Shown in pieces: positions 1 through 12,276 of a stretch of 64,000 nucleotides of DNA; position 1 is the stretch's first letter; the number at the start of each line of letters is the position of its first letter. The notes beneath the pieces are model-generated. The model searched no databases. It was not told the DNA's origin and worked only from the letters and a program-made list of their open reading frames with translations. This DNA is from Gekko japonicus (Eukaryota). The position numbers and the translations under genes were made by a program. Location: positions 95,219 through 159,218 of the forward strand of contig NW_015176011.1 in the NCBI RefSeq assembly GCF_001447785.1, read 5' to 3'.

Positions 1-91
1 TACAAACGCAGCAGCATCACTTTACTAGGTTACTCAGCTTACAAAGCTACACAGAGCTACGTTGTAAGTTTCGAAGAGAAATACTTCTCTC

Positions 92-475
92 CAGGGGTCA
101 TTTCCTGCGCGAGCGCGCAGAGCTCTGGCAGTAAAGAGCCCAGGGGGCGGGCACATGCAACAAGCCCCACCCCCTGCTCCCAGCAGCCCTCAGTCAGAGC
201 AAGAAGCAGCCAGGTAAGCTGCAGAGCTTCCCCCGGCCTACCGGTCCAAAACAGTCCAGTGGCACCTTTAAGACCAAGTTTTATTCAGGCACAAGCTCTC
301 CCTCCTCTGCGAGGGCAGATCTGCACGTTCCCCCCCCCCCCAATAGCTAGCCATCCAAAACAGTCCAGTGGGTGTTGCCTTCTGACACACTTCCGGTGAT
401 GTCAGGGGGCGTGGCATATGCAAATAAGTTATGCTAATGAGTTGTGCTAATGAGCTCCTGCACCTCTTTTTCGAG
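92..475 (+). mobile_element. hAT-type MITE family A copy (3' TIR lost) in F8 intron 2
   Basis: Colinear with 9646-10030. Confidence 0.8.
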
Positions 476-951
476 CAAGGAGTCCTATTCAACTTTTGCC
501 TCTGCCATGAACTCACTAGATTATTTTAGGAATGTCTGTCCACCTCCGATCTGCAATACTAATCCTAGGGTGCAGTCACATGCGCCAGATAAAATGGGTT
601 GCTGTGGGACACTTCCCACAGCTGTGGGACACGGCTGTGGGACACTTCCCAGATGTGGTCTAACTGTGCCCTTTAAATTCACCTGGCATTCACACCTATG
701 TTTGGTCTAATTGTGCGTAGCCTACCTTTTCAGGGTGATTATAAGGATTTCAATTAGATAATGTATGCAAAGCGCTTTGACTTGTGAAAGCACAAGATAA
801 ATTCATCACAGGATCTGATATTCAGAGGCTAAGCCAACGTTTATCATGTTAAAAGGTACAAGAATTCTGAAGTTTTGTACCCATGTTATAATGAGTCATG
901 CCACAGCCACAGCCAGTTTGTCATATATTTACATGTCTAAAACCTTCTTAC

Positions 952-1037
952 CCATCCAGGCAGGCTTGGGTTTTGCTTGTGTGAACGTCGAATCTGCATA
1001 TTCCAAAAACACAGCCTTCTTGTACTGAGTGCTGGTG
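952..1037 (-). CDS. F8: Coagulation factor VIII, coding exon 2 (A1 domain); gene continues beyond window start
   Basis: Acceptor ccctcctctag|; translates (S)TSTQYKKAVFLEYADSTFTQAKPKPAWM(G), homologous to YKKTLFVEFTDHLFNIAKPRPPWMG; donor G|GTAAGA; phase compatible with exon 1. Confidence 0.93.
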
Positions 1038-1242
1038 CTAGAGGAGGGCAATTAAAAAAAGAGTATGAAGATCTTGGCCAAAATCTACACCATCTGTATT
1101 TGTTTTGAGACCAGAGTTAGTCACCATCACCTGCCTTCTATGGTTCAACAACCCCTAGAGTGGGGAAGTAATGTATGATTCGGATTCCTAACCCAACTAC
1201 ACAATACACCATTCCTTGGTCTGTCAATGTGGCACTTTCATG

Positions 1243-1630
1243 TAGGGCTGCCAGGTCCCCCATGGTCACCAGCAGGGGATGGGGGTGGTAGGGGTGCCAG
1301 CTCCAGGTTGGGAAACTCCTGGAGATTTGGGGGTGGAGCCTGAGGAGGACAGGGACCTCAGTGGGGTACCATGCTACTTAGCCCAGCCTCCAAAGCATCC
1401 ATTTTCTCCAGGGGAACTGATCTCTGTAGTCTGGGGTAGTATTCCCTCTAAGATGAGTTAGTGTGAGCTGTCTCACAGTATTTTAGCATCCGGCTCACAA
1501 CTTTAGTGTCAGTAGCTCACAGAGCAGAATTTCTGCTCACAAGACTCCACAGCTTAGAGGGGGCATTGGTCTGGAGATGAGCTGTAATTCCAGGGGATCC
1601 CCAGGCCCCACCTGGAGGCTGGCATCCCTA
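1243..1630 (-). mobile_element. hAT MITE family C (TAGGGTTGCCA TIR) with nested family B copy at 1437-1568
   Basis: TSD CTTTCATG/CTTTCAGG; inner TSD GTCTGGGG/GTCTGGAG. Confidence 0.82.
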
Positions 1631-4146
1631 CTTTCAGGTCTTGTCAAGCAAACGTACATAAGGAGTTCTTGGTTGAATCTTAGATTATGAGGCATGTGGG
1701 GGCCAATACAGATCAGTACTATGGGACACAGAGAAGAGAGAATTAAGCCTCCCTCCTTGCACCGTTTTCTTGACTTTAAATGGCCCCTAAGGAGTCCCTA
1801 TGCGCCCCAGTGGGGAATCGTAGGCATAATGATGGGTGACCTGAGCTACATGTAAATTTCTCCACTGCTCCCTGGAGTAGTTTCAGAATGGGAAAATGGT
1901 CTCTCTTAGTAAAGTGTCTGGCCCCTGAAAGCAGCACATACAAGGTAGGAGTCTCTACCTACTCAGGAGACATCCCCCCCATGTGTAGGGAGGGGGAAAA
2001 CAGGACTTTGTCAATTATTCAAGGGGGGGCACTTTTTAAGTGGCCTGATGAGGATTAACTAGGCTCCTGAGGAATAGAATGTTGAGAGAAGCTGAATATC
2101 AGATGAAGGGAAAAGGAAGGCAGAAATGAGTCTGATCAAAGTATAGAGAATACTTAAGCGCTTTCTAAAAATTGCTAGCCGCCAGCTTGTTTATCCTGAT
2201 CCCGAAGGGATTCTTCCTATTTGTATATTTATTCATTTACTTCACTTATAACTCGGCTTTTTCTCCTATAGGGACCCAAAGTGGTTTACATAGTTATTGT
2301 GCTTTAGGAAGATATGTATATTTTCCCCAGGGGGGCAGATNNNNNNNNNNNNNNNNNNNNNNNNNNNNNNNNNNNNNNNNNNNNNNNNNNNNNNNNNNNN
2401 NNNNNNNNNNNNNNNNNNNNNNNNNNNNNNNNNNNNNNNNNNNNNNNNNNNNNNNNNNNNNNNNNNNNNNNNNNGAAATTTCTGCTAATGGAAGTGTATT
2501 TTTACCAGTTCCCCCCCTCCCTCTGCAGACCTCCATCTCCCCCTTGTGTTGTTTGTGGGGGAACCCTATCCCAGTTAAGGGGGCATTTTGAGCAGCAGTG
2601 GGAGGGTGGAGGTGAGGAGGAAGTCTCGGTATGCTGATGGAAACCCTTTCATCCATGTAGATTTACCACGGGATCCAAGGCTTTGGTCATCCAGGTGAAT
2701 CATTTTGTTCACTTGCTTAGAAAAAAGACAGATGCTTTCTGAAACAATGACACAGAATCCAAGTTGGCACTTAACTGTAGATCCAGCCTGTGCATCTAAT
2801 AATAGATAAACATTTTAGATTTAACTTCATACACATTATCTGGTTGTAAGGTTGGTCGGCATTGCTATCCCTATAGCGCAAATGAGAGACAGAGGAGCCC
2901 GACCAGAGTCACTGAGTGAGTCTGTAGGAGAGAGAAGATTTGAGCCAGAGACCTCCGTGGGCACTCCTCACTCCCATAGCCATTGTACTACTTCCAGGGC
3001 ACTGCTCACTCTCTTTGCCACTGTTCTACAACAGATCCCCATGTCCATGGGAAGAAACATAGGGGGAAAGGTACACAGCAGAGTGCATGTATACTGCCTT
3101 ATCTCTGCCAGTACGTTGGATCTTTTGGAGACCACTAAGCAAGCATCCACCCAAGGGCAAGAATTTTCCGCCTTCCGTGAACTTATCTGGCAGGTGAGAG
3201 ATGAGAGTCCCTTAATCATTTTTCTTTAGCATGACTCAGACTGGCCAAGGAAATCTGGGAATTGGTAACAATGGAAAAACTAGCAAGTGGACCTTGATTC
3301 TAATTTTGGGTGTCTGTGAATCAGCAAGCATGCTGCAGTGGTAGTTCCAGGCGGAGTAGAGGACCTGGCCTTTAAACTGTGGTGAGAAGGGAGGAAATGA
3401 ATGCATGTGGTCTTTCTGTGGCTGGCTGCCTTCTGTCCGTCTGGCATTGCAGGGAGAGGGAGGTGAGCTTCAGCTGAAATGCCCTGGGATGGTTTGGAGG
3501 GAGGGAGGCAGATAGCAAAACTATTGTTAGGTCTTTCAGTCTCTCAGGGTCAGTGTGAGGGTCCCACCCAAAAGGCCAAGGCAGAAACAGAATATTATAG
3601 ATGCCTGGAACATTCTTGTCAAGAGTTATTAGGCACCCCTGCTTGCAAGTTTTTGTAGAGAAAGCCAAAGAAAACAGGCCCTGCCATTGTGTTCAAGTTT
3701 CCAGACGCCCTGCAGCTCCTGTTTGGCAAGGAAGCAGAGTTATGACCTTGCAGCTTGTGAACAGAGCTGCTACTGCCCTGTCGAAACATGGGCCACTGTA
3801 TGTGTAGGAAGCATTTGGTCAGCACCAGAACAGCACTATTATAGCAATGATACTTAGCATTCCTATAGTGCTTGACAGTATTCAAAGCAACTACTTATAA
3901 GGTCAATCAGCATTATTATCCTCCACATAGTAAATGGATGGCTGAGAAACAGAGAGGCCTCCTAGTCATAGCAGACGAACCAGAGACTTTCTAGATGCAC
4001 AGATCAGTTTATGAACTATTCCAGTTATATGGAAGGCTGTCCTTAAAAAAGTAGCAAGTTCTGTCCTAATAATGTCAAAATTCTTAGACCTGAATAAATT
4101 ACGCAAATTGGACCTATGGGCAGCTATTGGTTGGTTTCATATGATA

Positions 4147-4304
4147 GGTAAAGGTAAAGGTTCCCTTGCTCGAAAGCCAGTCGAATCCGACTCTAGGGTT
4201 GTGGTGCTCATCTCCGTTTCAAAGCCGAAGAGCCAGCGCTGTCCGAAGACGTTTCCATGGTCATGTGGCCGGCATGACTAAACACCAAGGCGCACGGAAC
4301 ACTG
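4147..4304 (-). mobile_element. Sauria SINE 3' half in F8 intron 1
   Basis: AAAGGT tail; TSD TTCATATGATA. Confidence 0.9.
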
Positions 4305-7300
4305 TTCATATGATAAGCTAGAGGCTAATCAACATATCAGGAAAAGCCTCTAGTTAGTAGTTCATATTTCACTCTGCTGTGAACCTACTAGGTATGCATG
4401 GTGGCCCCAAATTTACATTTCCCCTTTCTGCTGGAAATTCTGCTTTTCTTCTTCCCCAGCTTGACCAGCTGTTGCCTCTCTTGAGAGCTAGAAACTTGCT
4501 TTTTAAAAAACAGCAGTGACGCTCTTCAGAATGTCCGAATCTGCTCCCAAGAGGGAACTCCACAGTATAATGTAAGCTGGTTTGGGTCCCCACTGGGAAG
4601 AAAGGGGGGAGGTGTAAATGAATGAATAAATGCCCTTATTTTCTCTCCAAGGATCACTACAGGGGCTGTTCCCATCCCAGGAGTGTAGCCAGCGTAGCGC
4701 CAGCGAGTACACCCCCCCCCCAGCGCACTGATGAGTTCCACCTACATTTGTTTGTGAGCTTTTTAAAGCAGGCATTTTAATTTGTGATCTTACAGCTTCC
4801 ATTTCAAGACACTGTTTTCTGGAAATTGGAAAAAATGCCTTCTTAGGCATCTGTCTCGACTGCAGCAGAATGATGGAAGTTTATTTGTATCATTTATGAA
4901 AGAGGTTACTTAAGGAAGTTATTTATTTAAGGAAGGAGTTTGGTAGGTGAAAATAAGCCCTTAGTCACTGTAAACATTCTTGTCACTAGCGGTTCATAGG
5001 CACTCAAATAAACATAGAACCACTTGGACTTGGCAGCAGGATTATAAAATTTCCTGTTGCTTATGAGAACAATCACTTCTGTTCTGTTCATTCCTTTGAA
5101 GCACCACCTGGAAATCTGGCAGCCCCATCAAGAGAGACTTGATTACGTCCCTGCCCCGTATTGCTGGTGGTTCTCTTTCATATTCATGCATATCCATTTA
5201 TAATTGTATCCTGTGCATGTTTAAAAATAAAGGAAGTATTTGTTCTTTTGGTTAGAGAGAGAGGATATATCCTGGGGGAAATTTATCATGTCATAAAGAG
5301 TGCAAATGAGTTTCACAAGCTGCATTTCATGCATTAGCAGGCTGCGGCTCAAATGGAGGAGACGGAGACGATGGATCCTCTCCAGTCCCTGATGCTACAT
5401 CCATAGAATGTCAGTTGCAGGTTTGTGGAGCCTCAATTTGTCTTTGGACCGTGTATGGAACGGATAAGGAGTCGAACCCTTCAACCTTTGCTTGAGTCTT
5501 CTACTTGAAAATGGGCTCCCCATTTTGTTATTGCTCTTTTATAAAGGGGAATGCGGAATTGCGTAGTACAACTCAGTCTTGTCAGATCTTCGAGGCTATG
5601 CAGGGTTGGTACTTGGATGGGAGAGGCAGGCCATGGTAAGCCACCTCTGTGTAATCACTTGCCTTGAAACCCCTCTGGGGTCGCCATAAATTGGCTGTGA
5701 CTTGACAGCACTTTACATTCACACATATTTTAGAGGGGGGGGAGATGCGTTTTTATACATTTTCTCCTTTTAAAAATGCTAATATTAAAGCAGGGAGCTC
5801 TGTTTCCAGTAGTGAAACCCAGTAGAGCAGGGTTGTCAAACATTAGGCCCGGGGCCCAGAACCGGCCCGTCCAGGGCTCTTATGTGGCCTGTGACCACCT
5901 TATTTATTTATTTATTTTATTCAATTTATACCCCGCCCTCTTCGCTACACGGGTTCAGGGCAGCTTACAAGAGGCATATGCCAATATAAAACATATTTAA
6001 AATCATTTAAAATCATCACAATACAGATAACATTATAACCAGTTATTAACAAAGTGCTCTAGATGTTATTTCACAAGATGGCGTGTTTCACTGCTCTATT
6101 GCCACTGCTCTGTTCACCTTGTGCACGGGAGGGAACAGGAGACTGCTGGGGGGGGGGAGTGGGCGGAGCCACTCCGATTACGGCTCCAGCATGGCAGAAC
6201 AACCTCATCTGCAGCAGTCAAGCGGCGTGGGAGCATCTGCTCAGTGCTGCTCTGCTGGGTCTCCAGTCCGCCCATGTAGGTTTTCCTCTGAACCCCCGTG
6301 GGGCCTTGCAGTGAGGATACAACAACTGGGGACCTTACCAGCTGCTGTCCTTCATACAGCTTGTATCTCCAGTACCTGGCATTATGTTTTATGGCACACA
6401 TGGCTCAACCTGACAAATTGACATTGGTGTCAGGTCTGGCCCTCATAACAAATGAGTTTGACACCTCTGGAGTACAGGCTGAAGAGTTAGATTCCCCCTC
6501 TGTTCCCTGCATGACCTGAAGCAAACTGAGCCTACCTGAGCCTATAATGTGCATTTCATGGATGGAACAAGATGTGTAATAATTGTCCCAGCTGTTTGTG
6601 TATGCATGTGTTCGTGTGCACTGGAGGCAATATGCATCAGCCTCCCACGTTTAGTGATGTAACTCCTAAAAACCTAGGGAGAGGTCTGAAGCAACAGAGT
6701 ATGCATGTAGGAGACCTTCTAAAAAGCATTTCCAAGGTTAAGCCAGGTACAGAAGAGACAATGATTTATCAGGGATGCACACAACAGTGTAAGCACCAAA
6801 TCTAGTAAACTGGGATCCCGCAACTGACTCCTGGAACTGAAAGGGATCTTGGAGATCATCTAGCCTCCCGCAGCTCCCACTGTAGTGGGGCCGCTCTGTC
6901 ATAATGTCAGACAGGATGGGGAAATGCCGACCTGAACCTGAAGCAAGTTCTCTTCTGTGACTGCCCTAGTCCCTGGCACCCCTTTCCATCCTGCTTGTTG
7001 AAATGGCCCTTCACCGACAAAAGTGGGCAGGCCCATGAAACTGGACCATGCTCATGACCCACCTAGAACCCCACGTTCTCACAATTGCAAACACACAACT
7101 AGGGTTGCCAACTTTTGATTTATTTTTATTTTTACAAAAATTTTGGCCCGCTCGGCATAGCCAGTGGAGTAATGCCCAGATACACCAGGGGGTAGAAGCA
7201 GGGGTTGACTAGGAGCAACATCTGTCTGATTCGGGGTAAATCCAGGACATAATCCAATGAGCCACAGAGAAATCTGCAGCTCATAGATGGATCCCGTCAG

Positions 7301-7411
7301 GTCCAGGGTAAGGTCCGGAGCCGAAACATCTGTTAGTCTCTGAAGTGACCTGCTTTCCCCATTCCAGCCCTGTTTACTTGCCATAAAGTGTTTTTACTGG
7401 TCAAACCATAA

Positions 7412-7552
7412 AGGATGCGGTCACATGCACTAAACAGTACACTTTCAATCCACCTTCCAACTGGATCTTGCCGGTTCACACAGTAAAATCCATCTGGGAA
7501 GTACACTGAAAGTGGATTGAAAGTGGATTATTTAGAGTGTGTGACTGCTGCC
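7412..7552. mobile_element. Palindromic MITE (PIF/Harbinger-like)
   Basis: Long imperfect inverted repeat (…cactttcaatccac…gtggattgaaagtg…). Confidence 0.6.
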
Positions 7553-7583
7553 TAAAAGAATGGGACTGTTGGCAACCCTGGAC

Positions 7584-7790
7584 CAATGTTCCCTCTAAGC
7601 TATGGAGTTCTGTGAGCAAAAATTCTACTTTGTGAGCTACTGACATTACAGTTGTGAGCAGGTAGTTTGGCTACTGCATAAATTAGTTTGCTCTGGAGCC
7701 CTCCTTCCTGAGCGAAGACAAAAAATGTGTGAGCCGGAGGCTAAAAAAAAGTGAGCTGGCTCACACAAACTCAGCTTAGAGGGAACACTG
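7584..7790 (-). mobile_element. hAT MITE family B (~205 bp) in F8 intron 1
   Basis: TIR CA(A/G)TGTTCCCTCTAAGCT, 8-bp TSD CCCTGGAC. Confidence 0.9.
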
Positions 7791-7857
7791 CCCTGGACAC
7801 AGACACCACCCACCGGTGCAACAATGCCCCTGTGGGCAACACAGTGGCCCTCCTTAC

Positions 7858-7985
7858 CTCTTCCTGCTGCCCGCCGTGTAATCCCAGTCTCTCTCCACCG
7901 CTCCAATGTAGTATCTCCTGACGATGCCGAGGCTCTCTTCTAGGAGGGAGCATAGAAAGAAGCTGCAGAAGAGCAACCTCCGCAT
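7858..7985 (-). CDS. F8: Coagulation factor VIII, coding exon 1 (signal peptide + start of A1)
   Basis: Translates MRRLLFCSFFLCSLLEESLGIVRRYYIGAVERDWDYTAGSRK; matches FVIII RRYYLGAVELSWDY; phase-2 donor AG|GTAAGG at 7857; divergent from FUNDC2 as in other amniotes. Confidence 0.93.
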
Positions 7986-9279
7986 TGGAGGCCGAGTCAA
8001 GGTTTAACCTCTTCTGCGCTGCCACTCTGAGATTAAATTGAGAATGCAAGGATTGCTGGATCAGTCATCTAAGCCAGCACTCTGCTTCCAGGAGTTCACA
8101 AGCAGGGAAGGACGTGATGGTGATGGCCGCCCGGTTCTTGTTTTTTTTTCCCCCTTCAGTGCCTGAAATTAAAGGTACAGTGCCTCTGGACAAGGAGGTT
8201 CTGTCTAGTGATTGGGACCAATGCGTTATATAACCTCCAGGCTTCTGGCTAGCCCTTTTCAAATAAGAACATAAGCAAATGAGAGCATGTTTCCCAATTA
8301 TACATATTCTGAGAGGTCCACAAAAATGTTGTAAAATGAAATAGAGAAAAGTATTGGGGGGGAATAGGGTCTCTGAAGCTCCCCTCCTCTGAGAAAGAAG
8401 CAGGTGGTGCTATCGGAAATTTGTAATCTTTCTTTGTATTAAAAATAAGAAGATGCCTTACCATAAATTCATTTCAATAAAATTATAAGACAAGCCATGA
8501 AGGAAGCCAGAGGATGCAAATTTTTCTGTATGTATAAAGTTAAGAGGGCCCCACTTTCTCATCGGTCAGATGTTGAACCCTTTTGGCCATTGATTGCCTT
8601 CTGGTTTACATAGGACCTCTCTTCTTCTCTCTCTTACCTGGGCTGTAGCAAGTTAATCTTTTTCTTCAGGATAAGTTAAATGTCCCTACATGAATACATC
8701 ATGTAAGATGCGCTTCTATTTTTGTAAGTAAAATTTCTTTCTCTTGTTACCATTGGAGTCAGGTCATCTTTGTAATTTTTTTGAACAGCATTTAACCCAT
8801 TCTGGGAAATGTGGAGGATCAGGGATGAAGCTTCTGTGCTTCCAAGCCAAATGCTTTTTTTTTTTTACATTTAACTCAATAAAAATGATGGGCAAGAGTA
8901 ACACCATTTTGTTCGATTGTGGCAAGCAGCTGCAGGCAGCTAGCACTCTGGGCACCTCCACCCAACTCCGTTAACTCTTATACAGTTTTCTGGAATGTAA
9001 GAGACAGGAACATTCCAAGAAATGTTCAGCACAAAGGAACAGAGAGAATATGGAGAGGGGGAAACAAATGGTCTTCTGTATGTCTCAGATGAGATAAGCT
9101 TATCTGCTTGCTTGCCGACATGCAGACGTTAGCCATGGGAACAGAACAAAAGGCAGCTTGCGCATGTGCGTAAATAAAAGTTGCGTATGGGAACTGTTAT
9201 TAATTTGGAACTTGGAGATGCATTTTTGAAAAAGGATATGTTATTGCCTTGCAAGACTTGTCTTTCTTCTCTTCACAGG

Positions 9280-9501
9280 TTTGCCATCTTCCAGCAGCTG
9301 GTGCCACGGGATGAACTAGTGCACCAGTTCCAACTGGGAGACTGGGTGTATGTTAAAACCTGGAAGCACGAGCCTCTGCAGCCGGAGTGGGAAGGCCCGG
9401 TTCCAATCCTGTTAATTACTCAGACTGCTGTGTGGACTACCAAAGGGCCTAGCTGGATCCATCACACCAGAGTCAAGAGGGCCCCAGAGACCAAACCCTA
9501 G
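9280..9501 (+). mobile_element. Endogenous retrovirus (ERV1-like) integrase C-terminal remnant with adjacent LTR-like sequence (~9510-10114)
   Basis: HQFQLGDWVYVKTWKHEPLQPEWEGPVPILLITQTAV...SWIHHTRVKRAP = GPY/F region; downstream TATAAAA and AATAAA. Confidence 0.8.
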
Positions 9502-9645
9502 AAGGACTTAGAACACTATAAAAAGCCCACCCCAGCTTCAGGCAAGTGGGAACAGAATGGGTGGAGCTGATTTGCCTTTCTGCATCCCCCTTATTCCTGG
9601 AATAAAGGGTTTTTTTTCTATAGTGTTAATTGCTTTGCTTATAAC

Positions 9646-10045
9646 CAGGGGTCATTTCCTGCAGGAGCGCACAGGAGCGGAGCTCCGGCAGTAAAGAGCC
9701 CAGGGGTGGGCAAATGCCCCCTGCTCCCAGCAGCCCTCAGTCAGAGCAAGAAGCAGCCAGGTAAGTTGCAGAGCCCACCCCACCCCCCTGTCCAAAACAG
9801 TCCAGTGGCACCTTTAAGACCAAGTTTTATTCAGGTACAAGCTCTCCCTCCTCTGCGAGGACAGATCTGCACCTCCCCCCCCCCAATAGCTAGCAATCCA
9901 AAACAGTCCAGTGGCGCCTGAGCGGTGGGTGTTGCCTTCTGACACACTTCCGGTGATGTCAGGGGGTGTGGCATATGCAAATAAGTTATGCTAATGAGTT
10001 ATGCTAATGAGCTCCTGCACCTCTTTTTCTACAAAATGACCCCTG
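9646..10045 (+). mobile_element. hAT-type MITE family A (octamer-bearing); other copies ~92-475, 17380-17440, 20714-21165 (-)
   Basis: 12-bp TIR CAGGGGTCATTT/AAATGACCCCTG, perfect 8-bp TSD CTTATAAC. Confidence 0.88.
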
Positions 10046-11189
10046 CTTATAACCATATGCTGTTTCTTTCAATGTATTCCTAGTTTGGTCTTATAGGTGA
10101 GCCACTGCCTTACACCTCCTGCTAATTCAAGGACACACAATATATGGCTTTGCAGTTGCAATTAGAAGTAATTAACGACTCACATGCTGCACCCACCCCA
10201 GCTCCAGTCAATTGGGAGCAGAGCGGGTGGAGCTGATGTGCCTTTCTGTATCCCCCCTTGTTCCTGGAATAAGTGCCTCGCCTGTGTGTGTCAATTGGAA
10301 CGGCATCCGCCAGGTTAAGGACCCCATTTTGGCAACAGAAAGAAGGTCTATAAATGACATAAATAAATAGTAAAAATGCACAGCAGCTAGGGTTGTCGGC
10401 CCCAGGTTCAGAAATACCTGGAGACTTTGAGGGTGGGGCCTGGGAGAGTGGGGTTTCGGGAGGGGAGGGGCCTTGTTAGGGTACAGTGCCATGCAGTCCG
10501 CATTTTCTCCAGGAGAAGTGGAGAGGGTGTCCGCAAGTTCCTTTAGTGTCTGAGTGGGCAATTCATTCAGCCGAAAGGACTTGAACTATTTCAGGTATTC
10601 TCTCACCAACTCCTTGTCAATCCTGAGCTGGGATTCTGCCCCCTCACTTTTTCTCCATGCTCTCCATCAGAAGTGGAAGAAATGTTTCAAATAAATAAAT
10701 AATAAGCAACTTATGTCGTCTGGAGATCAGTTGTGATTCCAGGAGATCAACCACCCCCCCGGACACTGGCAACCCCCAGCAGCAGCCCAGTTTTCCATTG
10801 ATAATTGTTATTGGGGGGGGGATGAGGGAATGGAAGTGCCATTTGCTCTTCCTCAGTTCTTACTTACTGAATCTGTGGTGCGTGCATTCATCAGACTACC
10901 AAAATATCATTATCACAAGGGGAAGAAAGAAAGAATGACATTTGGGTGGGAGTTGTGGCCCCCCCCCCCCCCCCACAGTTTAAGCTAGAGAAAATATCAT
11001 GTAGAAGAAATAATTCAGACTTCTGAACCTCTTCGTCACCCTTCTTGGAACTAGATTCTAATTTGTCTACATCTTCCCAAGGCCTCCCCCTGATGTTGCC
11101 CTGATACCCCAAGGTTTACTGCTTCTGGATGGGGAGGTTCCTCTGATGTTGCCCTGATATTCTGGATGTGGAGGTTCCCTATAGTTATC

Positions 11190-11720
11190 ATGGCTAGATG
11201 GACCTATTGTCCATGAGTTCTTGATGAATCTATGCCAGCTTTTACTAATGACTAGAATCTTTTGAAGTTATGCAGAGATCGATTATTTAATACAGCAAGC
11301 TGTTATAGCATTTTCCCTGGTATCAAAATCAGACTGACCCGTCTGCGGCTTCCTGGGTATTCCTTTCCCCACTTTCTGAAGATCAGGGCAACATCTTTGG
11401 TCTTGTGGTACTCCAGCAGTTCTCAAAGGTGATAGTCAGAGGCTCTCAGAGTACATCCACAAGTTCCTTTACTGCCTGAGCATGCAATTCATTCGGCTGA
11501 GAAGACTTGAACACATTCCAGGTATTCTCTGACCAACTCCTTGTCAATCTTGAGCTGGGATCCTGCCCCCTCGCCCTTTTTCTCATCTGCATGCAGTTCC
11601 ACTTTTGGGAGAGAGCGGAGGCAAAACAAGAGTTAAGCAATTTGGCCTTTCTCTGAGCTACCCGTTAACATTTCACCATCCTCACTGAGCGGCAAAATCT
11701 GCCATTTCCTTCCTCTTCCT
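11190..11720 (-). mobile_element. CR1 LINE RT remnant (related piece 10520-10660)
   Basis: KSSQPNELHAQAVKELVDVL resembles KSPGPDELHPRVLKELADVI. Confidence 0.72.
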
Positions 11721-12057
11721 TCAGCCATACCTTTTTATTATTTTTTACTTATTAGATTTCTTAGTTGCCACTCACCTGAAGGGTCTCATGGTGACTTACA
11801 ACATTAAAGCCAATAAGGTAAAAAAACATGAAAACAAATGAAAAATATAAGATTTTAACATTAAAATATTAAAATACGTGGCTATCACCATACCACTATT
11901 AAAACAGCCCAAACGTGATTACCCTCCAAAGGCCAACTGAAATAATTCCGCTTTGCATGCCCTGCGGAAACTAAACACATCCAACAGTACACGGGTGTCA
12001 TCCGAGAGTGCATTCCACAGGGTAGGGGCCACAACCGAGAAGGTCCTTCCCCTGGTG

Positions 12058-12276
12058 TAGGGTTACCAGCCTCCAGGTGGGGCCTGGGGATCTCCCGCTT
12101 TTACAACTGATCCCCAGCCGACAGAGATTAGCTCCCTTGGAGAAAATTGATGCTTTGAAGGGTGGACTCTATGGCATTGTATTATGTTGAGGCCTCTCTC
12201 CTCCCCAAACCATGCCCTCTCCTGGCTCCACCCCCAAAGTCTCCAGGTATTTTCCAACCCAAACTTGGCAACCCTA
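12058..12276 (+). mobile_element. hAT MITE family C; further copies ~10388-10775, 33204-33408, 35940-36171, 54470-54683
   Basis: TIR TAGGGTT(A/G)CCA/TGGCAACCCTA, 8-bp TSD CCCTGGTG. Confidence 0.88.
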
